A stretch of DNA of 64,000 nt, taken from NCBI RefSeq assembly GCF_009834535.1, contig NC_045697.1, positions 60,824,001-60,888,000 on the forward strand. Direction: 5' to 3'. Shown here piece after piece: positions 38,760-51,639 of the stretch. The notes below the pieces were generated by a model. The model made no database searches and was not told the origin of the DNA. It worked only from the letters and a program-made list of their open reading frames with translations. Numbering within the stretch: the stretch's first letter is position 1; the number at the start of each line of letters is the position of its first letter. The DNA comes from Camelus ferus. Its lineage: Eukaryota. Made by a program: the position numbers and the translations under genes.

Positions 38760-40200
38760 AAACTGAAGTGATGGCAGCAGAGATGGGTATAGCTATTTAG
38801 ACTCATAAATTATAACTTTGGAGAAAATAAATTGACTTGTTAACTCTTGGAAACTCTCCTTAAATTATTTGGTACAAAAGAAGGTTCATATCTGGTAATT
38901 CTAAGTAAGCACTTACTGAATCAATACTCCCATAGATAAGAACTATAAGCTCTGGATATAATATAACAAATAATTGCCTAAAGGCATCATTGAGTGAAAA
39001 CAAGCAGATTATGAAAGTGAATGGAAACTTAGAAGATGGGTGAGTTTCCCATTTTTATTATTTTAGTTTGAGTGCAGGCTCTGATACTGGAGACAAAACT
39101 TTTATTAGAAAACTCATTGTGTTTATGGTTTAAAAGACCAGATTTAGAAATCAGAGCAAGTATACCTACTTAAAAAAGAGCAGAATCTCTAAAAGACAAT
39201 TAGCAGGTAGGCAAACTCAGCATTACGTGAATAAATTCTACTCAAATCAGTAGATTATCCTGACCTGTACACATGTGGCAAAGACACAAGTAACCCAGGT
39301 AAAGACAAAATAAATGAACTGAAATATGAACTACCATCTAAGCAAACATTTATGCATTTTGTATCCAATCATTAAGACAAGTCAATATTCCTTGACAAAA
39401 ATATAAGGAAATTCAGAGTTTCCACAACACAGCATTACAATATCCAGTATAAAACCCCAAATTATCTAACATAATGATAGCCCCAATGTTCATAGCAGCA
39501 TTATATACAATAGCCAAGACATGGAAGCCACCTAAACGTCCATCAATAGATGACTGGATAAAAAAGTTATGGTATATTTATAAAATGGAGTACAACTCAG
39601 CCATGAAAAGGAATAAAATAATGCCATTTGCAGCAACATGGATGGACCTGGAGACTGTCACTCTAAGTGAAGTAAGCCAGAAAGAGAAAGAAAAATACCA
39701 CATGATATCATTCATATGTGGAATCTAACAAAAGGGAAAAAAGGAAAAAGAGGACACTAATGAACTCATCTACAAAACAGAAACAGACTCACAGATGTAG
39801 TAAACAATCTTATGGTTATTAGAGGAAAGGGGATGGGGAGGGATAAATTTGGGAGTTCGAGATTTGCAAATGTTAACCACTATATATAAAAATAGATTTT
39901 AAAAAAAACCTTTCTTCTGGACAGGGAACTATATTCAATATCTTGTAATAACTTTTAATGAAAAAGAATATGAAAATGAATATATGTATATATATATGCA
40001 TGACTGGGACATTGTGCTGTACACCAGAAATTGATGCATTGTAACTGACTATACTCCAATTAAAAAAAAGAAAAGAATAAAGGTGAATATGCACAGTGAA
40101 GGAAAAGAGATGAAATCTCAGCAAAGTATATAAACTATTATTAACGCAAAATGCAAATTCTAGAACTGAAATATAGTAATATCTAAAAGACTGAGTAATA
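38760..40200 (+). mobile_element. Ancient L1 5'/ORF1 remnants interrupted by the younger L1 at 39481-40082
   Basis: GATGGCAGCAG start; CCAGTATAAAACCCCAAATTA; AAATCTCAGCAAAG..AAATTCTAGAACTGAAA (ORF1-like). Confidence 0.5.
39481..40082 (+). mobile_element. 5'-truncated L1 (ORF2 C-terminus plus 3' UTR) nested in an ancient L1
   Basis: ORF 39474-39728 reads PMFIAALYTIAKTWK...MISFICGI*. The 3' UTR and an A-tail at about 40062-40082 follow. Confidence 0.92.
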
Positions 40201-40889
40201 AATCACTTTACCCTCAGATTTAAAAACAAAGAAAATGGAGTGAACTTCACTTCTACATACCAAAACATAAAGCTACCGTATTAGCACAGTATAGTAATAC
40301 TTCTAGAATATAGAGATGCATTAGTACAGCACTATAGAAACCATAAAAACAATCTAAATATAAGTGACTATTTAGTATATTGCATACAGTGATAAAAAGA
40401 AATTGTGCATTTTTCTATAATTATTTGAGAAAATAGGGCTTTGTAAGGATTAAATGAATTACCATATAAAAATACTTCAACACTGATAAATAGTAAATAT
40501 TATATGATTTTTATATTTTTATTATTATTTTTGCTGATCATGTATGGTATAGGTTATAATGGACCATTTCTTGGAGGCAATTTTTCAACAAGTATACAAT
40601 ACATAAATTTAGTTATATCCTTTATCCTTATAGATCTACTTATCAAAATTTATTCTAACAAATAAGCAACACTATACTGAATTGTTGTAGTAATATTGGT
40701 AACAATGTAAATGTCCAACAATAGCTGATGGACTGAATGGATTGGGACAATTTATACTACAAGTAATTTTTCAACTTAAAATCAAACACTACCAGATTAT
40801 TTTTCACAGAAGCAATGCAATATATAAAGTACTGTGAAAGACACAGTGCCTAACTGACATTTGTAACCCGATTTAGTTTTACTACTTCC

Positions 40890-41325
40890 TATTACATATG
40901 TTAAATGCCAGAAATTTGCAATTACAACCACTTGTACAGAACATGGATGGTCCAGTGTTCTAATTCAGCATGATGAGACACTGAAGGAAGATTGACTACA
41001 AACTTGCCAGTGAATTCCCATCATTAACAAAAGGAAAGAAGAGAGCAGTTGCTTGCATCACTCTGCCCTTCCTTCTGCCTTGAGCGTGGATATGAAGCCT
41101 GAACTATAACACTCATCTTTCAAACATGAGGTAACAAGTGTGCAACCAGAAAAAGGTAAAGCAATGTATAGTAGAATAGAAAGACAGAAGGAATTTGGAT
41201 TATTGGTGACATCATAAAGCTGCTGTCTACCTCCATGCACCCTGCAATATCAGCTAATTAAATATATGATTTATTGTTGATACTGCTGTTACTTATATAC
41301 ACAGCCTACACCATTTCTAACACCT
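40890..41325 (+). mobile_element. MLT1-like (MaLR) solo LTR
   Basis: CCTTCTGCCTTGAGCGTGGATATGAAGCCTG..CATCTTTCAAACATGAGG..AGAAAGACAGAAGGAATTTGG..TGACATCAT. Confidence 0.65.
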
Positions 41326-41539
41326 ACAGGATCTATCACAGTAAACCAAACTAAACAATGATAATACCACATGATAGATACAACTTTTAGCTACAACTTT
41401 TAGGTATGAGTTCCAGAGATTGCATAAACAGGTCTAACAGCCCAAGGAAGGAATCTCTTACAAAATAGGCTGTAATGCCAGGTGAATGATCCTAATAATG
41501 ATGGGAACTGAGTTTGAAAAGATCATCCACACTGGAGGA

Positions 41540-41663
41540 CAAGATGACTGTGTACATTATTTCCAAACCAGAGCATTTTTGGAGTGAAGAGGTCCTTTTC
41601 ATAATTACATAGTAAGAAGTGAATCAAACTGTTTTGGGCAAATCAGGATATATGGTCTCACCA
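41540..41663 (+). mobile_element. MER81-like hAT-Blackjack element
   Basis: CCAAACCAGAGCATTTTTGGAGTGAAGAGG..ATAATTAC..GGGCAAATCAGGATATATGGTC resembles the roughly 115-bp MER81 consensus, from recall. Confidence 0.5.
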
Positions 41664-41730
41664 GTTTGGGCCTAGGGTTGTTACTCTGTCAGGATATATT
41701 AAATGAAAATTATAGATTGATATTGAAAGG

Positions 41731-41843
41731 TTAATGAAAAATAATATGAAAATGAATATATGTATGTATATGCATGACTGGGCAATTGTGCTGCACACTG
41801 GAAATTAACACATTTTAACTGACTGCACTTCAATTAAAAAAAA
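41731..41843 (+). mobile_element. L1 3' UTR fragment with poly(A)
   Basis: Matches about 39955-40068 (ATATGAAAATGAATATATGTATGTATATGCATGACTGGG...CTTCAATTAAAAAAAA). Confidence 0.85.
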
Positions 41844-42048
41844 GATTTAAATAACAAATAATTCTGGTGCTACTTAAACTATTCCAGAGCATAGAAAAAA
41901 ACTGGAAAATGGTATACAGCATCGTGTACAGGATCCATAGTTGAACGTCTCTTTTCAAAGATAAGTGCTATCAAGATTTAAATAACAAATAATTCCAGTG
42001 CTACTTAAACTATTCCAGAGCATAGAAAAATATAAAAATTGGAAAATG
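41842..42048 (+). repeat. Spaced direct repeat (about 70 bp, two copies) around a 61-bp spacer
   Basis: 41842-41899 and 41973-42030 are identical over 58 bp except for two adjacent bases. Both copies end in TGGAAAATG. Confidence 0.92.
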
Positions 42049-43507
42049 AAAAATATATACACATATAGATTGGCATCTGGGAAGTAAATAAGGCTTTTTT
42101 AAAATAAGGAGTATTAAGGAACTACAGGCTTCTGTAAGTTCTCTGAACTATGTCCATCTCCACTGTTTTCGTGTCATTAATTCATAGTCCAGGTGGCTCT
42201 CGTTCATTCCTGCAATGCATACATTGACATATATTTTTGCTGTACTAAGGCTCTGAGTTCTTAATGACAATCATGTTTATAGGTGGCTACTGCTCTCTCT
42301 TAACAACTGAGGAAAGTTAATGTTTCTGAAAAAACATAACAGAAAAAGAAAACTATTAAGCAGATGACAATTATAGGCAACTTGGTAACTTTATATGAGA
42401 CACCCATTAACCAAATGTTGTAGCTCCATATTTAAAAGCCACATGGAAAATAGGAGACAAGGAAAAACTAGTGATTGTTAACAGCTCATGTTGATTGCTC
42501 AGTTCTGACTCAGCACAGATGACAAGACTAAAAATTACAAATAATTATTGAAAACAATCTTGCCAAAAATGTGCCTTCCCCCCAAATCCATTGGATGTGT
42601 ATTTTCAACTTGATTTTATTATTCTGGATACCGCTAAAATTTTAGCAATTAGGTGAAAATGTCAAAATAAATAATGCTTTTCAAATCAGATTGATACTGA
42701 TTCTATAAATCAAAAATAGAAGTGGCTCATTTTATTGTACACAGATCTTCAATATTTCACTACATTTTGATAATATAATTGAGATATCTAAACATTCACA
42801 ATCGAGGTTCTTGTAAACTACACCTATTTTTCCCACCAATTTTGGTTGGCCTCTGCATTAGATTATTTCCCCCAGTTTCAAAATGCCTTAAATACTCTTC
42901 CTTGATTTTCATTATCTTGAACTGTTGGCTTTTATTCATCTTTATTACAAATATTTGTTATTTCCAAAATAATGTACACTTTAAAATGTCCATTTTTCAT
43001 GTTTCCAAAATAAAAAGAACTCTATTAGCATATTTTTAGAATTGATATTTTTTTGGTGGAGTTATATCTATTTTCTTATTGAAGAGATACAGTTTGGTCA
43101 AGCAGTGTTTTACTTATTTGTTAATCTCTTTCAGACCTTCAAGTGTTTATCAACACTCTTGTCTACATTAAGATAAAATTATTACAGCTCCCTCAGCTGG
43201 TTCTCCTGATGGGAGTTTGAGTCAAACCCAATTGGCAAGGATTCTTTTTACAAGAAGATAATTCTTTTCTTACCCATTTTTCTGTCTGTTCGGAAGACTT
43301 TGCACTCTGTCACTTGTTAGTGCAACAAAGCACTCACTTCAGAACTACCTCTCAAACTTAAGTCACTTTGTGGCTCTACTCCAGGATATCTAAGAGATTT
43401 CTAGCTTTCATGTAGCTATGAAGACAGAATTTTCCACTTCTGGTATATGCAGAGTTCGGACAGACAAAATTTGGCCAGTCTTGTGATCTCTGGAAATTTC
43501 TATTACT

Positions 43508-43572
43508 TTAAGTAAGTATGCCTTAGGACTTAACTGCATTAAGTAAGTATGCCATAGGATTTAACTGCATTA
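43508..43572. repeat. 31-bp tandem duplication
   Basis: TTAAGTAAGTATGCC(T/A)TAGGA(C/T)TTAACTGCA occurs twice, at 43508 and 43539. Confidence 0.92.
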
Positions 43573-43949
43573 CACAGGGCCTCTGTGTTAGCTCACAGTC
43601 CTGCTATCTGAAAGTGCTGTTTAGTTCCACTCCAAAGGGATTTTGGAGAAGATAAATACAAATGTTCATCAAAAAATTTCTAAGGAAAAATTAAGTAGAA
43701 AATCAGACTAAAGGTACTAACAGCTCAAAAATTATACTTTATGTGTTCAGTTTTCAAGTCACGGCTAAACAACTTATTAACAAAATGCCTGTTCATGAAA
43801 GAGCATGAAGAACAGAGCGTAGGAATCAAAAGATTTAAGATCATTTATTATTCTCCTTTGGCACTAGCTGGTTATAACTTTACTCAGCAGCTCCATTTTC
43901 AATTGTATTTCAATGTTGAAATGGAAAATTTTAAAAAGCCCTTAATTTC

Positions 43950-44585
43950 GTTGCCCTTGTTTGCCTCATTCCTAACAAGCGGCCATTCAATGTGTGGCAC
44001 ACTTGGATATAGGGGGACACTTGTGAAAACCTGGGACATAGTACATCCAAGGACAGATTATGAAAAATGAACTGCAAGCTAGGTGTTTTCTCTCTCATAT
44101 GGAAAAGTTGTCAAATTTTACTTAGCACAACACCCAAACAGTTTATCATAATCTGGTATTTACTTATTCTTTGAATTTGTTTTTCACTAATTCCTTTTTA
44201 AATTTTTTCATATCCTGTCCTTATTTGTGTTCCTCAAATGAGATAGACTCTCGATTACCTGATGATCTAGTTTCAGGTCCCAGATTTCAGACCCTATATT
44301 CACTAAAACTTCTCTAATTTCTTCATTTTTCCTACAATTATTCCACATATTTACCATAAATCCCATTTTTATTGTTAGCTCACATCAGTTTCTCTTGTCT
44401 ACAATCATTGCAACTTGAGCTAACATAAAATTAGCATTTGGTATGGAGTGTTATGAAGGACTTTTAAATGTGAACCTGACCAAATTAAGAGGAGGGTGTA
44501 GATAATGAGGATTTCTCCATCTTGGTCTAGGAAGACAACATATTTGTTATGTTTTGGCAATTCAACTGCTTAAGTGATTGTTATG
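43950..44585 (+). mobile_element. ERVL/MaLR-like LTR plus start of internal sequence
   Basis: LTR-like end ATAAATCCCATTTT..AGTTTCTCTTGTCTACAATC..CTAACA at about 44425, followed by internal-like sequence. Family not resolved. Confidence 0.35.
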
Positions 44586-44648
44586 TGAATTTTCAGTTTT
44601 AAAATATGTGTTCAACTAACTTGTAGCTTTGGAGTAATGTGTATACAT

Positions 44649-44668
44649 ACACACACACACACACACAC
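44649..44668. repeat. (AC)10 microsatellite
   Basis: Read directly from the sequence. Confidence 0.9.
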
Positions 44669-45509
44669 ATAGATACATAATACATATGCAAATAATAGTT
44701 ATATATATTTTATTTCATCAAATGCCTAGAAAATTGTATATGCTTATGTCACTACATAAACATCTTAAAAGAAGGTCAGACATTGGCCCAAAGTTTCCAC
44801 AGTTCTTGTTTCTGCCATGCCACCTGAAGACTGAGGGAATAAATAGCTCAGTACACATGTTCTTTTCTGAGAACACTGTAGGAGAGCTTTGCTGTAGGGA
44901 CCTGATAGAAAAGGACAGAAAACTGGAATGCTTGATTTCTTGTACTTGTTCCCCAGTGCTCCACTTTCATGTGTCCCCTCAAAACTCTGGGGAAAGGGAA
45001 TTTTCTCAGACATAAAGTTTGACCAAGGGAATCACTCAACACATAGCAGTACTTGCAAAATTCTGTTTATTAAGTTATATTAGCTTTGATCTCTAAGGAC
45101 CATAAGATAGAATTTCTTCTTATTTTCTCTACATAGATTTTAGAATGTTTACAGTTTCTGTGGTTTATATGTATGTGTACATTTTTGCTAGGTTGTGGTA
45201 TTATGATTGACCACTTCTAGATATTTCAGGGTGGAATTCACATTGAGCAGATATATTGTTGATTCAATTTCCAAACCAGTCATTAAATATTATTGTGAAG
45301 GGGTTTGTTCATGACTGTAAATTGGATAACCAGAATAAAATGGGGGAGAGTACATTCTTCAAAAATTATAGTAAGGAAAAATACATTTATGTGTGTAGTC
45401 ATGTGTGTTGGGCAACCAAGGGGTAACCTGTGATTATTACCTTTTCTGGCAGATCTGTATTCTCCATTTTCTATCAATAGAACTTACTCTCCTGACCACT
45501 TTAGGACTA

Positions 45510-45946
45510 GTGATGTTACCAATGTTGAGAAACTATAGTGACCAAAGCCCTGGACAAATGGATCAAAGTAGTGCCTGTAACCACTGGAATTCATCCATGG
45601 AATTTTCCTTCCTGCGATGGCAGAGAAAGTATTATCCTTTCTCTCTGTTATAAAGCTTTTAAGAGAATAACTCAAGAATTACCTGAAACTATGCTGAAAA
45701 ATACAAGAAAGTGCATGAACACCAAGAATTAAGGCAGAAAAGAGATGCAGACAATCCCCTGGGTGAGCAGTTCCGAGAGACCTAAAGGCTGCCCTACTTC
45801 CTGAAGTGCTGCCTTGAATCCTGTAAGTTACTCAATCCCCATCAAATAAATTTCATATATGTGTGTGTGTGTTTGAATCATTCTTTCTTAGGCCACGTTG
45901 AATTGAGTTTCTATCACTTGCAACTGAAAGATGCCTGGATAATGCA
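45510..45946 (+). mobile_element. MLT1-like LTR
   Basis: Typical terminus AATAAATTTC..TTGAATTGAGTTTCTATCACTTGCAACTGAAAGATGCCTGGATAATGCA. Confidence 0.55.
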
Positions 45947-47099
45947 GATAACTTTCAACTCTGACATTCTTAGATTTTAAGATACTATATTTGTTACCAG
46001 AAACATATCCAGGACTATTTCCATATTCAACAAATATGAAAAGGTTACTAGTCAAAACTAGTCCTTCTGTAATTAAATTTGTCATTGGTCTTTCAGGTTG
46101 TATTATATTTAGTGATTCAATAATAACAAATACCTGAAATAACTATTTATAAAAATGAAAGTGAGGAAAACATATGATTAAGGACAATGATTTCCTGCCT
46201 TTATTCAACTTCCTTAATTCTTAAAATAATTTTTGAGACTAAACTTTATTGAAATAATATAGTTGAATTTAATATTAATGTTTACTAAACCCATTTTTAT
46301 GAAGGACAGGATCATAACTGTTTTTGTTAAACAGAGTATCACATAAAATACATCCTGTTAACATTTCTAGAACTCACATGATTTTAACTCTGTTACATGC
46401 TTTCTTGTCATCCTGGTCTGCTGACCTCTCCTCTATGAGACTCAGTTTTCTCGTCTATAAAAATGGATATAGGGACATGATTCAGGAATTCAGTGAATAT
46501 TTTCAATTTCAGAGTACAGGCAATTGTCAAAGACAAGCAACTAAGGATTCACAGGTCCATCTCCCATTGATTTTGTGACCTAGAACCAGTTACTTGATTT
46601 TATCTGTATCTCTTAAGAAAGGTGTGGTGATTCTGTTTTATATCTCCCATATCCATCGGTCTTGACATCAACGAAACATTTCTTTGCCTCATGAACTTCT
46701 TCAAGGAAATAATTTTAAGTAATGAATATGATTATAAAGCAGAGAAACAAACTACTTTAATATTCTGTGAAAGGTCTTTTATAAAATAGCTTAAAACCAG
46801 TTGCTATATGGTTATATTTTATAAATTATATGTGAAAATTAATATCCCTAAAATTAGATGTCACTGATTTTTTTTACTTGCTATAAATATATAGATGAAA
46901 GTAACAGACCAATAAATCATAGATAAGTATAAGGTAATATTTACAATGAATATCTTTGAACGAGTGATTAAAAAGATGGAAATTAGGTAAGATTAAATAA
47001 GAACCACCTGTCATTTTCTAAAACAGAAGAATTTTTTGTGTATTTTTATTATTATTTAAAAAGGGGGAGATATAACTGGAATGTAAGTCCTGACTAATT

Positions 47100-48850
47100 T
47101 GTGTACTGAACATTTCTGATAGATGAGGAATAGAATGGATTATCACTCAGCAAATGAAAGCAAATGATATTAGAGCAAGAAGAACTGGGGAAATATGTTT
47201 TATTTTCCCTCATCTTGAATTGCTGAGTGGAGAATAGACCATAGGAGAATAAGACTGGAAGTAGGCAATTCATAAATGCCTTATGTTCATCTGGGCTACA
47301 GATGAGGGAATCTAGAACTGGAAGGTAAGAGTAAAAGTCTTGAGAGGCAAATAAACATATTTTATTTTTAGAGATAAATTTTGAAGGTAGATCAAAAAAA
47401 GGCTTGTTGAATTGGATACTAGAGGTAAGGGAAAGTGATGAATTAACGTTTGGTTCTAGGATTGAGCCATTACCAAAAATATATAATGCAGAGATGAGCA
47501 AGACTGGGAGAAAAGGTCTGGGCTGAAAGAAGGAAATGAGATTTCCTTTTTAAGTATCCTCTAGGTGAAGAATTCAAGTAAAGACATATATTTAGTCTGG
47601 AATCCATGGGCAAAATCAGAGCTGGTATGTGAAACAGGAAATTACCATTACCGACACAGGATGAACGCCAAAGATTAATCCCTGAGTCACACAAACATAA
47701 AGAGATCTATAAGAGGAGAAGAATTTCACAAGAGAAACTTAGAAGTGTCTAGGGAGATCAGAGAAAAATCAAGTTAGTGGTTTGTTCTAGAAGTCAAATG
47801 AAGAAATTGTGTCATGGATGGTGTATTCAAGGGTGTTAAAATCTGTTAGATGTTAAGTCATGACACAATGACACACAGTTGGCCATACTATTTGGAAAGG
47901 AATCTTTGGGGAAAATTTACAAGAACGTTTTCAATAATGTGGTGTGTAAGTCAGAATGGCCATCATTCAAAAATCTACAAATGACAAATGCTGGAGAGGC
48001 TGTGGAGAAAAGGGAACCCTCCTACACTGCTGTTGGGAATGTAGTTTGGTGCAGCCACTGTGGAAAAGAGTATGGAGATTCCTCAAAAGACTAGGAATAG
48101 ACCTACCATATGACCCAGGAATCCACTCCTGGGCATATATCCAGAAGGAACCCTACTTCAAAATGACACCTGCACCCCCATGTTCATAGCAGCACTATTT
48201 ACAATAGCCAAGACATGGAAACAGCCTAAATGTCCATCAACATATGATTGGATAAAGAAGAGGTGGTATATTTATACAATGGAATACTATTCAGCCAAAA
48301 AAACTGACAACATAATGCCATTTGCAGCAACATGGATGCTCCTGGAGAATGTCATTCTAAGTGAAGTAAGCCAGAAAGAGAAAGAAAAATACCATATGAG
48401 ATCGCTCATATGTGGAATCTAAAATTAAAAACAAACAAACAAACAAACAAAACAGAAATAGACTCATAGATATAGAATACAAACTTGTGGTTGCCAAGGG
48501 GGCGGGGGTGGGAAGGGATAGACTGGGATTTCAAAATGTAGAATAGATAAACAAGATTATACTGTATACCACAGGGAAATATATACAAGATCTTATGGTA
48601 GCTCACAGAGAAAAAAACGTGCCAAAGAATATATATATGTTCATGTATAACTGAAAAATTGTGCTCTACATTTGAATTTGACACAACATTGTAAAATTAT
48701 TATAAATCAATAAAAAATGTTAAAAAAATAATGTTGTGTGTATTATATACTTACTGAAGTAGTAAAAGGGAGAAGAATAATACATAAAGGAAGTCAGTAG
48801 ATATAGAAAGCTTTCTTAAGAAATTTGCTTTTAAAATGGACAAGATAAAT
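47100..48850 (-). mobile_element. L2 fragment split by the L1 at 47949-48726
   Basis: Purine-rich L2 reverse-strand motifs on both sides of the L1 (GGCTTGTTGAATTGGAT..GTCTGGAATCCATGGG..AAGTCAAATGAAGAAATTGT; TTAAGAAATTTGCTTTTAAA). Confidence 0.55.
47949..48726 (+). mobile_element. 5'-truncated L1, same subfamily as the full-length copy, inserted into an L2
   Basis: Closely matches about 34364-35165 (ORF2 C-terminus plus 3' UTR). The 16-bp TSD AATAATGT(G/T)GTGTGTA at 47933-47948 and 48727-48742 has one mismatch. Confidence 0.95.
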
Positions 48851-48908
48851 AAGGTAAGAATTTGATGCATGGGAGGGATTCTAAAATTTAAATTTTAGGT
48901 AAGTAGCC

Positions 48909-48987
48909 ATATATATGTATATATGTATATACTCTCTCTCTACATATATATATATATAAATATGTATGTAGATATATATATATATAT
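48909..48987. repeat. (TA)n/(TC)n compound microsatellite
   Basis: Read directly from the sequence. Confidence 0.85.
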
Positions 48988-50710
48988 CACATTTCTGAAG
49001 CTTTGTTTATCTGCCTTTAAATGTATTTTTCTCTTAGTTGTTCAGGTTTCATAATTTATGTTTATCAAAATAAATAAAATAAAGTTCACTGACTCTTTCA
49101 CCTGTCACTTTAAGCATCTACCATGATTCATATTTTTATAGCAGTTTAAAGGATGTTTATAGTATGATGAAACATAGATACGTGGATAGATATATGGATA
49201 GACATGCATAACATGTATAACCATAAAAGGATTTACTAGGGAAATTGTTACTTTCCCTTGAAATTTAAAACTTAATGCTCACTTTTTCCAAAGTTTCTAA
49301 AAATTTAGAACTTTGTCTTGCAATGGAATTATCTGTCTATTTAACATAACAATCATACACTTTATTAAGGTGGTTTAATACATAAAATCCATAATTTAAT
49401 AATCATTTACTAGTGAGTACATACACAATTTAGAAAGATATCTATTATCTTATTCTTTGTATAATATTGATTTTATCTTATTTTTTAAAATAAATACTTG
49501 GGGAATCTCCAAACATTAGGTATTTGGCCTCTGATTAAATACTTCCGGTAGCAAGAGACTACCTCTTAGTGCAATTAACCTGATTGTTGACATGAAATTT
49601 ATTAGAAAGTCCATTCTGATATCCTACCAAAATATTACTACTTTTGAACTCCACCTATTAATCTTCAGCTACTGTTAACCACCTGTGAACACACAGACCT
49701 ATTATTTAATCTCAACTTCACAAAGCACACAAAGATTTGAAGAGGCCTGCAAAATTTTTCAATCTCCTTTTTTATGTCCAAATAATTGCTATTGTGCTGG
49801 TTTTCCTTTAAAATAATTATTTATTGTCAATAGTAAAAGAAAGGAGGTATAATATCCAGAAGGTGTTTTGTCAGCAAAATGAAGCAGAAGATTCAACTCC
49901 CTTTTTATGGAATTTATACCGCTGTTAACACAGTCAATTATCACATTAGCTGCTTGGAGAGAGACTTAACTCTTTTCATCATATGGATTAAAAATAAATC
50001 CAAGTCCATTTGCCTGTTTGTAGAGATATCTATAATAGTGATTTGCATAAAGTGTCAATCAATGCTTTAATATTATCAAATGAATTCTTAGTGATACAAT
50101 CTTTCTATACATGTTGCTCTCAGTCTAAGTCTTGAATTGTTTAGCAGAATAGATACATGGAAGCTCATCTAAATACTGAATTATAGCAAAGAAATGCATA
50201 TTTAACCATTTCTTTATTTCATCTGCAATAAAATTATAGGTTTGTACAAGGACCAGTCCACAAAAAGACAAAATGAACAAAAGTATACAGAGAACACATC
50301 ACTGCACTGGCAAACATACCCAGCATGTGGTCTTCCACCTACTCTATTCACAACCAATATTTTTCAGATCATCTTTTGTCCTTAGCCCTCTTAAACATGC
50401 TCCTTTAAAAATAAACAAAAATTAAGCCTTTGTTAAATCTCAAGAATGAAATCAGCAATGTTTGAAGTATGGTAATTCTGATAATTTATTATACATCCCA
50501 CTCACATCTTCACTTGGGTTAATTCAATATTTTATTATCTATAGCCTGATTACTATTAATGTGACCTCCACCAAAGTATTCATTATCCACACTGACAAAC
50601 TGACTAAATATATATTTTTTCACACCTCAAGATATAAACATTTCATTTTAAAAAACGAGCCATTCCTCCAAAATTGCCAAAGTGTTTTAAATGTTTACTC
50701 TACACTGTAA

Positions 50711-50882
50711 TTCTTTATAACAACCCCTAGATGTAGGGGCCATAGTCATTTCCATTTCACATGTGGAAAAAGTGACCCATTGGAAGGTTGAAATGAAAAA
50801 GGGCACACATGTATTAAATGGCAGGGCCAGGCTTTAAGTCAGTGTGCACATACTGGAAAGCCTGTGCTCCTAACCACTTTAT
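50711..50882 (-). mobile_element. MIR SINE
   Basis: ATAACAACCCCTAG..CCATTTCACATGTGGAAAAAGTGA..TGGCAGGGCCAGG..AAGCCTGTGCTCCTAACCACT matches the MIR reverse strand. Confidence 0.7.
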
Positions 50883-51639
50883 CATTGAAAACCACATACC
50901 ATTATTCTTTATAATCAATTACACTTTTTAAATGGAAATAAATCCAGTGGTATCTTTGGATTAAGACTTATGCCATATTAGTGAAACACTATACCACTCA
51001 GTAAAGAGAAGTAATACATTTCTATGTTTAATCTGTCTACAAGCAACCACTGTCTTTATTGGGAATTCATGATAGGAACTTCTCTTTTAAGAATGAAGTT
51101 TAGAAATGTAGAAAATAACTCAAAACTGCTTTGATGACAATTTAACAAATTTTAAAAAGTGTGTATTTTAGTCTCCATAAAATAGAGAAAATACTCAAAA
51201 GAAGGGCAGGGGAAATATATGTAATGACACACATTGAATTATTAAATTTGTTACAAATAGGACAAAGTTGGGTGGGTGATAGTTGAAGACTTTCCCTTTT
51301 TATTTCCTATGCCACAGATTTATTCCAATGAGCATCCAATCTCTTTAATATTAAAATTAAACTGTTAAATCAATGAACATATCTACACTGCTCCTAATGA
51401 CTAAGAGACTCAAGGAAACATAATATAGACTCTATCTTGAGGGAGTAAACATATTTCTCATGTTGAATCTCTCTATCCAAAAACATGGTATTTCTTTCCA
51501 TTTGTTAAATTCTATTTTTGTGAGTTGCAATGTGTTTTTAAATAATTAGCTAATCTGGCTTAAATGTTTTAAGTCAAGACATGCAGTCCAAGTAAAAGCA
51601 AGAATTATGTGAAAGACATATGAAATAAAATTTTAAAAC

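Noticed and set aside
41842..43572. Repeat-spacer-repeat (41842-42048) and 31-bp repeats (43508-43572) as CRISPR-like arrays
   Set aside because: There are only two copies of each, the 31-bp pair has no spacer, no cas genes are present, and the context is mammalian.
43741..45732. Cluster of 60-110 aa ORFs
   Set aside because: They overlap MIR, LTR and microsatellite sequence, and show no homology or splice structure that I can recognise.
47094..47501. 135-aa minus-strand ORF
   Set aside because: It lies in decayed L2 sequence and has no recognisable host-protein features.
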